A DNA stretch of 64,000 nucleotides, from the NCBI RefSeq assembly GCF_009914755.1, contig NC_060928.1; one strand, 5' to 3'. Below, piece by piece: positions 1 through 13,616 of the stretch. The stretch comes from the human T2T-CHM13v2.0 reference genome, Homo sapiens. Every line of letters starts with the position of its first letter. Positions within the stretch are counted from its first letter, which is position 1. Position numbers and translations under genes: made by a program. The notes under the pieces are model-generated. The model made no database searches and had not been told where the DNA came from. It worked only from the letters and a program-made list of their open reading frames with translations.

Positions 1-133
1 GTTTCCAGATAATGTTTATCTCGCTACATTTGGAGAAACCACTGGACTGTTTTAAAGAGAGGACCTGTCTCCCCACAATATACCAGAATATCTCTGTTCC
101 TTGAACTTTTTTGTTCTCTGATTTTTATTTTAG

Positions 134-232
134 GAGACAACAATGGATGGTCTCTGCAATTTGACAAATATTTTGCCAGTTACTACAAAATGACTTCCCA
201 ATATCCTTTTGAGGCAGAAACACCTGAATGTT
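134..232 (+). CDS. RXFP1: RXFP1 exon 3 (LDLa-LRR linker), 99 nt, phase 1-1
   Basis: ttttag|GA...TGT T|gtaagt; translates (G)DNNGWSLQFDKYFASYYKMTSQYPFEAETPEC, the RXFP1 linker with its GDxxGW motif. Confidence 0.97.
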
Positions 233-2597
233 GTAAGTAATCAGAGCAGTTATTTTCTTTTCCATGAGTTCATAAGACACCATTTTTAAAAGTTTGATTC
301 AACATTTTAAAAAAAGATTGCATCTCAATCTGGAAATCAGTTTTAATTAAAGAAACTTAAAAATTCGTAAGAGGTCAATTATAGTTTTCTAATTGCAAAT
401 TCTATTAAATATACAACTTTAACTAGGAAAATTTATTTCAAAAAAGACTCAGGGATCTTAAGTGTAGAAGTAATAAATGGTGTCAGATATTGTTATGAAC
501 AGAATCAATGTCAGTCAAGGATGTTATTTTATATGACTTCTCTTTTCACAATCACTATAAAGTGTGATGTAAAGAAAACAGAGAAAGTAGAGAGGGCAGA
601 AAAGCTGTTTGGATTTTAATGTTTGCTAGAAAAAATTCTTCTGAGCTGCAAAACCCTTATTCATTATAACCCACTATGTTCAGTCATACACTGAAAACTT
701 ACAAAAACACTGGAGGGGTATGGAAGGTATAAACCTGAGGATTAACTATAATATTTTAGATCAGAAAGATATATGAAAATAACTCCTCTTAAATAAATTT
801 TGTCAGTTCTAATACATTATGCAAATGTAAATCTGTATCTTGGAGCTGTCATTTTGACCCTAGCTTTTCAAAACCTTGGTTTAAAAGCAAGGCATATTTG
901 CTATTCCTCTGACATTCCAGACATGGTTCCATATCACAGCCTCTATACAGACTGTTCTTTGAGAAACTTTCTCCCATGTATCTGCTTAGTTGGTGACCCT
1001 CAGCTTATTCAGGGCCCTGTTCAAATCAAAGAAGACTGCAGTGATAACGCTGTATAAAACAGCCGCGTCCTCAGCCCTACCCTCATTACTCTATGAGCTT
1101 ACTCTGTGTTATTTTCTGGGGTGGCACTATCATAATTGCTGGTGGTAGTGGTGCTGGTTGTGGTGGTGTATGAATTATCTCATCAGATCCTAAGCACTAT
1201 GACAATGACTATGACAATAGGTACTTTGTTTGACTTTTTTTTTTTTGCTGATCTTCTAGTGCCTAAAATAAATAGTGCTTTGCACATAGTGAGCACTCAA
1301 TAAATTATTGTTGAAGTCTATATAGGAGGCTATAGATAGGATGTTTTGTTTTATTTTTCATCTTTGTATCTGCCCAGAAACATACATATTTAATGGGTTA
1401 ATTATGGTTACAGTAAAACCCAGTTGAATTTTTTTAAGCCCAGTTGAATAAGTATATTTTAAACATGTATTTTTTATAATAATTTTTCTTATAGCTAAAA
1501 CTTTTAGTTTTTTAGCTAACAATAAAAACATTCACAGAATTCTTTGCTGGGTTTTTAATTCATGGTTTATTTTTATCCTTTTTTGATTCTGAAGCATGCC
1601 AGATTAACAATATGTCTGAATAATTGAGGCTTTATTTATGTAAATGTTATATAATAATAACTACATTTTAATAACAAATGCTTAGGTGGTTATTTTATAA
1701 CATTATTTTTCTAAGGTTGCATTATCCTAAATTATGTCTTTAGTCGTAGATATAAGCACAATGTATTATGTAGGCAATGATTTAACTATTGTAGAGTTCA
1801 ATTATTTAAAAGAGTAAAATTTTACACTATGAGTTCTAGAAAATACATGTTTATACATAGAGCCACAGTTTACCTTTTGCTAGTCCTAGTAAATGCTAAT
1901 TATTCAATTCTCTTACTCATCATCACGTTTTCTATTCTCTCCGTTTTGTACAACTTATATCACTCCCACCTTCCCAAAACATTATCTGGGCAGCTTTGAA
2001 TGGAAAACAGTCATGAATGAGCAATCAATGGCTATTCACTACAAAATGGTGGAGAGGTGACTAAGAGTTTATTTTAGACAAATTTTATATCATATATTTA
2101 GTTTCTTCATGTCACCTGGCAATGCCAGCTCCTCCTCTGTTCTTTTTTTCCTATATAGTGCCTTCCTGGTCATATCCTTTTCGTAAAACCATTTAAGATG
2201 AATAGGTAATGGCCACATATTAAATACTAGTGTTATGAATTAGTAGATCAACAAAATATGAAATATTAAAATGTAAGGATTGCCTATCTGTTGCAAATAT
2301 AAAGTTTTTTCTCTTGCAAAAATTATTTTTAAAAAAGCAAGGCATAGAGGAAGAAATCCTTTGCTATATTTTTTTCTTCATGTTCTACCATAAATTGTAA
2401 AGTCTAGCTTTTTAAATTTTTAATATTTTTTATCTTCACTACTCAAATGAGGTTAATCAAATACCACTAACAATCTCCAGTTTAAGGGGATAGACGTCAC
2501 TCTTGTGAGATTCACAGGGTACTCAGCAATCTGTCTCAGCATCATGCCATTATTTAGAGGGAGACCAAATAATTTGTCCATTAAAAAGCTAAAAATT

Positions 2598-2857
2598 GGC
2601 TGGGCACAGTGGCTCACACTTATAATCCCAGCACTTTGCGAGGCTGAGGTAGGAAGATCTCACTTGAGACCAGGAGTTCAAGACCAGCCTGGGCAACATA
2701 GTGAGAACCCAATCTCTCCAAAAAAAAAAAAAAAATTAAAACTTAGCTGTGCTACTCAGGAGCCCAGGAGATTGAAGCTGCAGTGAGCTGTGATTGAGCC
2801 ACTGTGCTCCAGCCTAGGCAACAGAACAAAACCCTCTCTCAGAGGCAGAAAAAAAAA
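2598..2857 (+). mobile_element. Alu (AluJ-like, internally deleted)
   Basis: ggctgggcacagtggctcac... A-rich linker and tail. Confidence 0.85.
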
Positions 2858-2998
2858 CAGCTAAAAGTTTTTGGGAAAGGAAAACGTTAATAGATATAAT
2901 TTAACTGATAATATAATGTTTAAAATAATGAATTAAGCCATGTTGTCTCAAAACAGTTTTTTTCTTTTATCATATATTGTTTTCTTTTTATTTCTTAA

Positions 2999-3292
<294 letters not shown>

Positions 3293-4880
3293 TATTTCTT
3301 AAATTTTAATTGAATCTTTTAATACCTCACCTTATTCCCAAAAGGATTTTCAGCAACTTACAATTAAAATACAGCTACTAAAAGCCTTAAACCATTCACA
3401 TGATATAAAAGACAAAAGTTCAGTGGTGAGTGGAAAGCGAATGACAAAGAAAAATTAAGAAAATCCTTCCTGAGAAAAGTTCAGTGACTTCATCCGAAGC
3501 CTAGTTATGAATTTCATAGCTGTCAAGTCCAAGAGAGAAAATAATGGGTTACATAACTTTCATAGTTTGTAAAGCAAAACAAACAAATGGGGAAAAACCA
3601 GATAAGTCAGCAAGAGAAATATATTTTTGCGTGATCCTGCACCCTGGAAGACATTTGTCACAAGTATAATTACATAAAAGGAATGAGGCTATGTAATAAA
3701 TGCTGTATTAAAAAAAAGTAATTTTTTTCATCAGTACTTAACAAAAACAAATATATCATTGAGAGTTAAAGACAATTTGTGGGGGGTAGTGCAGCTAACG
3801 ACTAAATATATGTTTCAAACTTGAAAACAGTGTAAAAATAGAATGGCAAGTGTAGTGTAAAACTTGGGGTTAAAATTTAAGTTAAGGTTCCTAGTGTCCC
3901 ACCTTATTTAAAGCAGATTATTATAGGGATTTATTGGAAATTAAACTGAGCAAAGCTTATAATCATTTTTGACTAGAATAATGTGAGGAATTCACATTAT
4001 TAAAGTCATCTCTCAAGGGCAATATAATGGAAAATATAATATCTATCATGAGCCAATAAATTAACAAAATTTAAGTTTAAAGGATTTGAAAAGTACAGAG
4101 ATTTGGAAAGAATTACTTACTTAACCATAATTTGACCATTCAGAAGCTACCAGCATTAACTTGCTACTGCATTACTCGTCTTTTTTTATTTTAACATAGT
4201 TGAAATTTCCTATACAAACCATTTTTATCAAATTTTCAATTAGCATTTCGGCATAATCAGGTATCCATATTACTACAACATCTTTTAAAATATTCCATGT
4301 AATAGTATATTTTGTAAGTGACATAATTTCCTTAATCATTCCTTGGCTGTTGGATATTTATGTGTTGTTTTTTCATTTTTCCCTATTGCAGATAACCCTG
4401 TAATCAACATATATGAATTATCTTAATTTAGTCTCTGTATATGAAAAAAACACACTGGGATTAACGCTAATTTCACTGCCCTCCGTTTCTGCCCTTCCTA
4501 CTTCATTCTCAGGACCTTTCTTCCTTCCCAACCTTTTCCATCCCATCCCCACAGCATACACACAGACTCACATATGAGATATGATTGTAACTTAAAGAGA
4601 CAGCATCAGTTTTCAGACATCCACAATCAAAGTGGGTACTTGCAACTATAAAACTGTTGTAAAGTTCTTGGCAGATACTCTGTTTATATTAAACACTAAA
4701 TCTAGGTTATGGTCCTGATCTCTTGTAACCCTGTGAAGACGTCTCTGGAGATATTTGGGAGGAGAGGAAGAACACATGTCACCCCATATCTGAGCCAAAA
4801 AGCTCCTCATGAACAGTCATTCACAGAGGTCTCTGCTTAGCCACTGAGACACTTGCTTGCTCTCTGCAAGTTTCACCATA

Positions 4881-5164
4881 AAGGTCAGAAACTGGAAGCC
4901 TACAAGCAGAAAACTCTCATAGACGGTTTTGTTTGTCCAATAATATTTTTAAATGTTTTCAGTTAGCTAATATCAGTTTTTAAATAGATAGTTATATATA
5001 AAACATTGTATTTATGGCTTCTTTGAGGAAGTTGGTAGATGTAGCTACACATGTTCCTATTCTAATATGGCAACAGATGAGAGAAGCTGTTGCACTTGGA
5101 CATCTGGACACAGTCTACAGTGACATTGCCTGACCGCTGGAGACACTGGAGTCTGTAACCCCTG
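4881..5164. mobile_element. hAT-Charlie MITE (MER102-like)
   Basis: Degenerate start aaggtcagaaactgg...gttttgtttgtcca and end gagtctgtaacccctg. Confidence 0.5.
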
Positions 5165-5726
5165 CTGTATAGGTTAGGGCTCCAGAAGTCAATATGGGGA
5201 GAAAACGTTTCTCATTGCTCTCAGGAATTCGCCATTCCCCATCAGAGCAGGAATCAAACTATATTTATTATCCTAAATAATAATCTCATTATTCTGTTTA
5301 GCTATATGAATACATCATTGCAAATCTCTAATAGACTTTAGATGTATTGACTCACATCCTAACACTATCGCTACAGCTCCACAAGATGGCCAAGGTCATA
5401 CACCTCATTCTCCCTCTCTTTCCAACACCAAACACCAGTGAAAATAGAATCCTATGCAGAAAAAACATTCACTCCCATAAATAAACTTTTATTCATCCTT
5501 TACCCCTATTTAAGCCAAAAGATTTTTTAAAAAATTATTTGAAGAACTCCTGATTTTAAAAAAAAAACTATAGACACTATCATTTGCCTTTAGTTCTCCT
5601 CGTTCTTGCTAGTTAAAAGTGATTTATTCCTCCTTTAAAGGTTTTGATTATACTAAATACTTTATTTTTAAGTGGCAGTTGTAGTATGAACATTAAGCCT
5701 CATCACACACTATCGTGTCAATCCTT

Positions 5727-5813
5727 AGCAGACTGTTCTCCATTCATTGCAAAATGAATGAAATAAGAGCAGATTATTTCATTCATTTTGCAATGAATGG
5801 AGAACAGTCTGCT
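5727..5813. repeat. Perfect 40-bp inverted repeat with 7-nt loop
   Basis: AGCAGACTGTTCTCCATTCATTGCAAAATGAATGAAATAA-gagcaga-TTATTTCATTCATTTTGCAATGAATGGAGAACAGTCTGCT, checked base by base. Confidence 0.97.
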
Positions 5814-5977
5814 TTTTTTAAAAAAATACATGAGCTAGTGTGTGTTTCCAAATGTTGATGCTCTACCATCATTTTAAGGTTAAATTAAAAGCAAACTTTG
5901 GAGCCTTAATTTAAAGCATTGCCTAAATTGCCTACGTAGCACATGATATGCTTTTGTACTAAATGATTTTCTCATAG

Positions 5978-6058
5978 CTTTTCATTTCTTTCTTTTCATT
6001 ACCCTCCTCTTCCTGGTCCCTCACTGTCATCATGCCTTACCACTTCCCCTTGATTCAG
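5978..6058 (+). CDS. RXFP1: Alternative in-frame 81-nt 5' extension of exon 4 (+27 aa)
   Basis: ttttctcatag| acceptor at 5977; 81 nt with no AG until the canonical acceptor; open in the exon-3 frame: SFHFFLFITLLFLVPHCHHALPLPLDS. Confidence 0.6.
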
Positions 6059-6164
6059 TGGTCGGTTCTGTGCCAGTGCAATGTCTTTGCCAAGGTCTGG
6101 AGCTTGACTGTGATGAAACCAATTTACGAGCTGTTCCATCGGTTTCTTCAAATGTGACTGCAAT
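6059..6164 (+). CDS. RXFP1: RXFP1 exon 4 (LRR N-cap), 106 nt
   Basis: attcag|TG...GCA AT|gtaagt; (L)VGSVPVQCLCQGLELDCDETNLRAVPSVSSNVTA(M). Confidence 0.97.
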
Positions 6165-7363
6165 GTAAGTAGAAAAGAATTACTTCATCCTGACAGCTGG
6201 GTAGCACCTGTAAAATTGTATTATAATTAAGACCATGTGATTATTCATAATATATTTTTATTCAAAGATGATGTCATTTTTCCTGGGTCAGGTATAATAA
6301 TTACTGATATTTATTTTGCATTTATTAAATGCTAGACCCCACCTTAAATTATTCTTTATATTAACCCCTCATAATAATCCTGCAAGGTATGGAGTGTCAC
6401 CATATTTTATCTAAACAAAAAAAGTCATCAATTGCATGTGCTACTAAGAAAAAATGGCTTCTAATTAAACTATTACATAGAGCTTTCCTATTATATAGAA
6501 TTTTCACTTGACATTTATTGAAAGAACTCTGTTAGAATTTATTGGACCCAAATTTTAATATAATCTGATGTGTAAGTTAAAAAAGAAAATAAGGTAAATT
6601 GGATAAGATATTCCTCCCAAAACGTCATATTTAAAATCTGTTCTGAATCACATTTTGAGTCATAGATGTTAATGTTGTTATTTTCTTAAGGAATTCAAAC
6701 TTACATATGTAAAAAAATTATCACCATAAGTGGTTTGTTGATTTCTAGTACCCGTAATGTTAGTTTCCAGTACTAATTTGAATTCAATGAACTTCAGCAA
6801 CACAAACATATACATTTGACTGAAACTTTTTTAAAAGAAATTAGTGGAGGACAGCTATTTTAATCCAATATTTTTGCTGAGTTTCTTTTTTCATTTAGAT
6901 ACCTTAGTGCCTTGTGGCTCTCACTTTTGGGTATATGAGGACAAAATAAGAGTAATTCTTGAGTTTATGCATATTGACAAGTGTTACCGTTTTCAAACCA
7001 AACCACATAATACAGCAATTGAAATACTTGGTATATGAGGTAAGAGCTACAACTCAGAGTTCCTGTGCATAGTGGTTCCATTGAATTCACAGATCTGAGA
7101 AGTTTACCCAATTTGTGGTGGCCAGGGAATATGAACTGAAAATATCAGCAGAGTTTTCCAAAAGAGGGAACATTTCCACTTGAACTAAGGAAAAGAAGAG
7201 CTCTTCAGCATTCTATCCTCTTCTTGCCTTACCATGGCTCTTTCTCATAGCAATTAGTCCTGCTAGAAAAAAGTAATAATTCCCCAAAAGAACCTGAGGT
7301 CCTATGGAGCACTTCTCTGATTTAAATTCTAACTGGAAATTCTGAGTATAAGAATTTATGAAT

Positions 7364-7570
7364 AGTCTGGGCAACACAGAGAGAGCCCATCACTACAAAA
7401 AAAAATAAAAATTAGCCAGGTATGATGGCCCACACCTGTAGTCTCAGCTACTTGGAGGCTGAGGCAAGGGGATCACTTGAGCCTGGGAGGTCAAGGCTGC
7501 AGTGAGCTATGATCAAGCCACTGCACTCCAGCCTGGATGACAAAGTGAGACCCTGCCTCAAAAAAAAAAA
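7364..7570 (+). mobile_element. 5'-truncated AluJ
   Basis: TSD aagaatttatga on both sides. Confidence 0.85.
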
Positions 7571-9492
7571 AGAATTTATGATTTCATTCTATTTTCAGAG
7601 AAAAAAATCATAATCCTTCTCCACTGCTTGTATCAAATTACTAGAAAATCCAAATCAAAGGATATTCTGATGCAGCCAATTTCATTTTTCATTTTCCCAC
7701 GAGTAAGATTTGAATCCATTCTTTAACAATTCAACCAACATTTGTAAAATAAAGAACAGAGAGAGAAAGCTGGGGGAATGGAGGGGAATAAGGCAATGGC
7801 TAACTAGAGAGGGCATGCCCCACACAAAGGTTGAATCATTGAATTAATTCCCATTCAATTTTAAAAATTGTCATGATCTAGTATACACATACATACGTAC
7901 ATAAAGAGATGTGGGCAGAAAGCTGTGACCTACCAGTTTTCAACCCCTGGTATAAACAAAAAAACTGGGACCAGGTCCTTGTAAATGATTGTCTGCAAGA
8001 AGGCAAGAAAGAAGGAGTCAGAGATGACTCCAAGGTTTCCCTTCTAAGCAACAGTATGATCGGAGAATGAGGAGACTTGGTGGCAGTAACTGAGGAAGAT
8101 GGGGACTCTGATGTTAGATGTTTTTTCCAATGTGAGATTAACAGGTCACTCAGTGGAAATCTTCAACAGGCATTTGGAGATATAGGAATAAAGCTCAGGA
8201 GTTTATGTCTACGGTATTTTTTATTTTTTGTTCAAAAAATAGCATTATCTTGTGCTTTAGGTTGAGCCACTTGATTCCAGTTGTCCATTTATACTTTTCT
8301 CTGCAGAACACTGGCTTAGACTCATACGTAGTCCCAGTCTGTTCAGTTCCATACAGAAAAAGAACTCTATGCTTTATAGCACATACATTAAAAAGTAAAC
8401 ATCAAATTTCATTAGTCAGTTCTTTCCAGACTTTGAGTTGGAACTATTACAGGGAAATGTCAGAAGAGGACTGAACCATATGTAAGTATCAAAGAAGCTA
8501 ATACTCCAAGTAATGTTTATTGAAGTTGGGATTTTTTTAAGACATTTCGCATAAATGCTAATGAACAAAACAGGCAAACATAGATAGATATGATTATTTT
8601 TACTTTTTTCTAGCTTGATAAACACTGATTTTGACTATTTGAGACTTGGCTTTAAGATCCTGGAATTTAATCACTAGAACTATATGATCTAATACTAAGA
8701 ACTTTCTTTATAAAAACTAGAGCTAGCTTTGACAATAATGATTAAACTAGGCCATTTCTCTCTCACACACATACAAACACAAACCCTCTTTGACTCTGTG
8801 AACAATCAAAGTTGGACTGTCAAATTTTAAAATATAAGGATTTGTTATATTATATTTTGGGTTGTTCTATTCAATGAGAATAACAGCATCTACCTCTTTC
8901 TATCCCAATAGGATATTGTGAAATGTAGAGAATGTTATTTGTCAAAATATTTTATGTCATTTAGAAAGAAGTAACCTATAAATCCTAGACACTATTAATA
9001 AAAACCCAACTTTTTAAGTAACATTACTTAGAGGTCTTTCAATGAGCCTCACTTTCCTCTATAGTAACTCTCCTCCTTCAAGTGCAGTTAACCTCTTCCT
9101 CTTGGGTTCTCTCGTAGAACCTCACTTGTGTCTCTTTTATGTATACTAAACATTCTTGCTTGTGCTATAGTGATTCAGGTCCTGTTATCTACCTGAAAAA
9201 GGAAAATGCCATGGCCTATATATCCTCCAAAGTTCCTAATAGAGTCTAATAATCCCTAAATAAATGTTATTGAAATGAATTTATAAATAAATACAAAAAA
9301 AAAAAGAAGTTGGTTGCCTCATTAGCCCCGGGCTGTTAAGACTGAAGTTATTATTCAAAGAAAATTCTCTATTTATAGATAAAGTATAATTTGTGCAAAT
9401 AGAGTATAAACTTCTTAAAGGCAGGTATCCAACATGTGCAAATGGCAGGCATTCAACACATTTTTTGAGATAATGAATGAATGAATGAACAA

Positions 9493-9977
9493 TTTTTTTT
9501 TTTTGAGACAGAGTCTCACTCTGTCGCCCAGGCTAGAGCGCAGTGGCGCGATCTTGGCTCACTGCAACCTCTGTCTCCCAGGTTCAAGCGATTCTCAGAA
9601 CACATTTTTAAGGACACACTAAACTTTCATCTATATCCTTAAATCAAACTCAGGTTTTTTTGTTTGTTTGTTTTTTGTAAACAGACAGGGTCTCACTGTG
9701 CCCCCCAGGCTGGAGTGCAGTGGTGCAATCACAGCTCACTGCAGCCTTGACCTCTGAGGCTCAGGTGATCCTCCTGCCTTAGCCTCCCAAGTAGTTGAGA
9801 CTACTGGCATGCACCACCATGCCCAGCTAATTTTTTTAATTGTTTGTAGAGATGGCGGTGGGGGGGCAGTCTCACTATGTTGCCAAGCTGGTCTTGAACT
9901 CCTGGGCTCAAGTGATCCTCACACCTTGGTCTCCCAAAGTACTGGAATTATAGGTGTGATCCACTGCACCCAGCCAA
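9493..9977 (-). mobile_element. Two antisense Alus (truncated 9493-9597; AluJ 9655-9977)
   Basis: Alu consensus motifs with poly-T/(GTTT)n heads. Confidence 0.85.
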
Positions 9978-10342
9978 ATCCAAATATTTAACAATTTATC
10001 TTGACACAATATAAACATTTAAACAGGATATAAGCAGAATTTAGAATCTAAGTCAAGTCAGAATCATTAGCAGAAAAGAGCTCCTCAATTAGTTAATATA
10101 TACAAGGAAATAATATTTGGTGACAGCCAGCAACTGAGAGTAGTTTCAAAAGGGAATTACTTGTTAATCAGCCTTTGGTATTATTTATGTAAAAAGCCAT
10201 TAAGTGTCTGATATGTGTAGTCTAGAAAAGTGATTTTTAACTTTTTTTCTTTCATTATTGTTTCCCTTCCCCCAGGGAGACTTTTTAGACTTTTTTTTTT
10301 CTATTTGTCCCCTCCTGTGAAATTTTAATACTACAGATATAC

Positions 10343-10666
<324 letters not shown>

Positions 10667-11803
10667 AGATATACTATATATGTTCTTGTGTATATCTGCA
10701 TTATACATTTAAAAAGTAAGATTTTTTTTTTCTTAAGAACCAATTCTCACCTTCATTGAGAGTGCATGGACTTCTAGACTCTAGAACAGTGTTTCTCAAA
10801 TTAGATTCCAAAAATGTGTTCCAAAGAGTCCAAGAAAGTTTTTTTTAAGAAGGATTCATCACCAAGTTTAAGCAACACCACTTCAAAACCTAAACATTGT
10901 TAGTGCTTATTGTATAAAACTGTCTTAACCTGAGTTAAGTTAACCTCCAGACAATGCGGTCTGTTGCTCACTTATAAGTATCCGCTCCGTGGTACTATAT
11001 AATGATAGTACTAATAATATCATATTATTAGATACCATCTAATCCAAATCCCTCCTTTCACTGTTAAAGAGACTGACTTGGAGAGGTTGTGTGTGATTCA
11101 TGCAAGGATCCCCAGCTACACTGGTTTTGGTTTTTTTATTGTTTCATTTATTTTGCTTTTACTACATTACATTGCTGTTCTAAAACAAAAAATTAAGGAC
11201 TTGGGACCTTTCCAGTACAACCAAAATTATGTGGATCTGGTCTGTGTCAAACTGCTTATTAAATTGTGATACAAAAGAAAATCTTCCTGTACAACTTCTT
11301 AGAAGTTGAAATGGAATCACTTATTGAATAAAGATGATCCAATTATAGGTACCAATTGATGTTTTCCTTCATAACTAATTTTAAGGTGGTGGAATGTGAG
11401 CAATGAAATATTGAGAAATACAATATTTAATTTCTTGAGTGTTTTTAAACAGAAAATACTGTTTTTATTGTCACTTAGAAACTGAGATGCCTTCTAATGT
11501 TTGTTAAATACAAATAGGAAAGAAAAACATAACTGAAAATCAATTTTTTCAATTTTATTTTTTAACATTTTTTGTCAGAATTACAGTCATAACCAAAATT
11601 TTAAAAAAATGAATAGCTTTAATAGTGCAAAACTAACAGCTAGACCTAGTTCAAGTGATATGATAAATATGAGAGAGACATTATGAAGCAAAATGTTTCC
11701 TGAAAGCTAGTACTAAAGTAAATAGTTTGTAATTATCCCTATTGTTGTAATTTAAAAGTAAAGGAAAAACAACTTTAAGAATCAAAATTTACATTTATTT
11801 CAG

Positions 11804-11875
11804 GTCACTTCAGTGGAACTTAATAAGAAAGCTTCCTCCTGATTGCTTCAAGAATTATCATGATCTTCAGAAGCT
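11804..11875 (+). CDS. RXFP1: RXFP1 exon 5 (LRR), 72 nt
   Basis: tttcag|G...AAG CT|gtaaga; SLQWNLIRKLPPDCFKNYHDLQK(L). Confidence 0.97.
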
Positions 11876-13325
11876 GTAAGAAAATACTTAATTCCTGGTA
11901 TTACAATTAACTAGCATTTTTGGCCATGTCTTTTTCTTCCTACTTCTGTGAACACCAACACTATTCCGCTGCTTGTGTCTAATCCCTATTCAGGGAAATA
12001 TTTAGCTGTTAACTGAAGACTTCCAGGTAACACTTATTTTTTCTGAGTAATTTTAGAAACCATTCTAGAAAAACCTCAGACACATATTTCCAAAGGAACT
12101 GGAACATGTGTGCTGTGAATCCTCCTACCACAATCCCCCAAAACGGAGATACTTAGAAGCTTTTATCCTCTGCGTTATTCTAGCATGGAATACCTCAATG
12201 CTCATCTTAGAGAAAAATGTTACGCTCTTTTGTCAGATTCACGATGAAGAAAGTGAAGAATTTTCTTCCATGTGTTTTCAAATTCATTATCCACCTAAAA
12301 TAGCAAGTCACTGTGGGTTGAAACCTCTGAGCATGTTGTCTTGGAGACTTGATTCCATTTTCACATCTGCCTTGTGAGTTGCGTTTTATTTTGGCCTTGA
12401 GTAGTATCTGACATGCTAGCTTCCCTTCAGAACTCTCAAAATCCATACTGGCCCACGGGATGTTTACCTGTTATTTAGGTCTACTTTGTGACTAAATTAT
12501 GTTGTCATATGGTGAATTGCTGGGTTTAGATAGTCTGTACCTAAATCACACTAACTAAGAAATATCTCAGGATTCATTGTTTCATTTTTATACCAATATA
12601 GATTGGTTCTTATTTTGGTTTTACAATAGGGAAACCTGATAAATTAATATATATCTGTACATTTTTAAAGATAACAGATGGAAATTGAGTGGAATCAGAA
12701 GAAGAATTAACCCACTTCCTTCAGTGAAATGTTCTAAAAACCCAGATAGTCTGCAGAAGTATCTATTTCATATTTGAAAATAGAAATTCTAATGAAAATA
12801 ACTTTTCAAAATTTCATTCTGAACATTTATCAGTCAAAAGAGAAGAACTTTTCACAATTAGGCCTGACAAAACTTCAAGAGTACACTGACTTATTCTATT
12901 TTCTGATTTCTGGAGACTGAAGAATTTTTCTGTAGCATCACCTTGTGTCCACTTATTTAAAGGAGCTAGACTACAAATCTAAATATCAAAATTCAGGTTT
13001 ATATAATGCAGTGGCTTAGCATTTTTGCACAATAAACATTGAATTAATTCTCTTTTTTGAACTAACCACCATACTAATGTGGATGAATTAATTCCTGAAT
13101 GACCAATTTGTTCCATATAACAAAATGATCAAAATAGCCTAATTATTTAAAAATTTCTAATTGGTTATTAAAAGTCTATACCTTTAGACCTCCAGGCAAT
13201 GCAGCCTATTCCTTAGTAGATCATTATAACACTAGAAATAAACAAACAAATGCATGATAAATGAGAACCATTCATTACCTACTACATGATTGGGCCCACA
13301 GCATGTCCGGTTCAGGTGCATAATA

Positions 13326-13616
13326 ATTTTTTTTTAAGAGACAGGGTCTCACTCTGTCACTCATGCTGGAGTGCAGTAGTATGATCATAGTTCATTGCAC
13401 CCTCAAACTCCTGGGCTTAAGTGATCCTCCCACCTCAGACTCCCAGGTAGCTAGGACTACAGGCATGTGCCACCACACCTGGCTCCTTTTTTTTTTTTTT
13501 TTAGAGAGATAGGATCTCACTATGTTGCCCTGCCTGGCTGGTCTGTTTCAAATGATCCTCCTGCCTTGGCCTCCCAAAGCTCTGCAATTATGGGCATAAC
13601 CCACTTCACCCAGCCT
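13326..13616 (-). mobile_element. AluJ
   Basis: gagacagggtctcactctgtcac...gcctcccaaag. Confidence 0.85.

Noticed and set aside
5813-5819. Hairpin plus T-run as an intrinsic terminator or Pol III gene
   Set aside because: Eukaryotic intron; no A/B boxes or upstream Pol III promoter elements recognised. Kept only as a hairpin finding.
12101-12114. Possible steroid response element GGAACAtgTGTGCT
   Set aside because: Spacer is 2 nt instead of the required 3.
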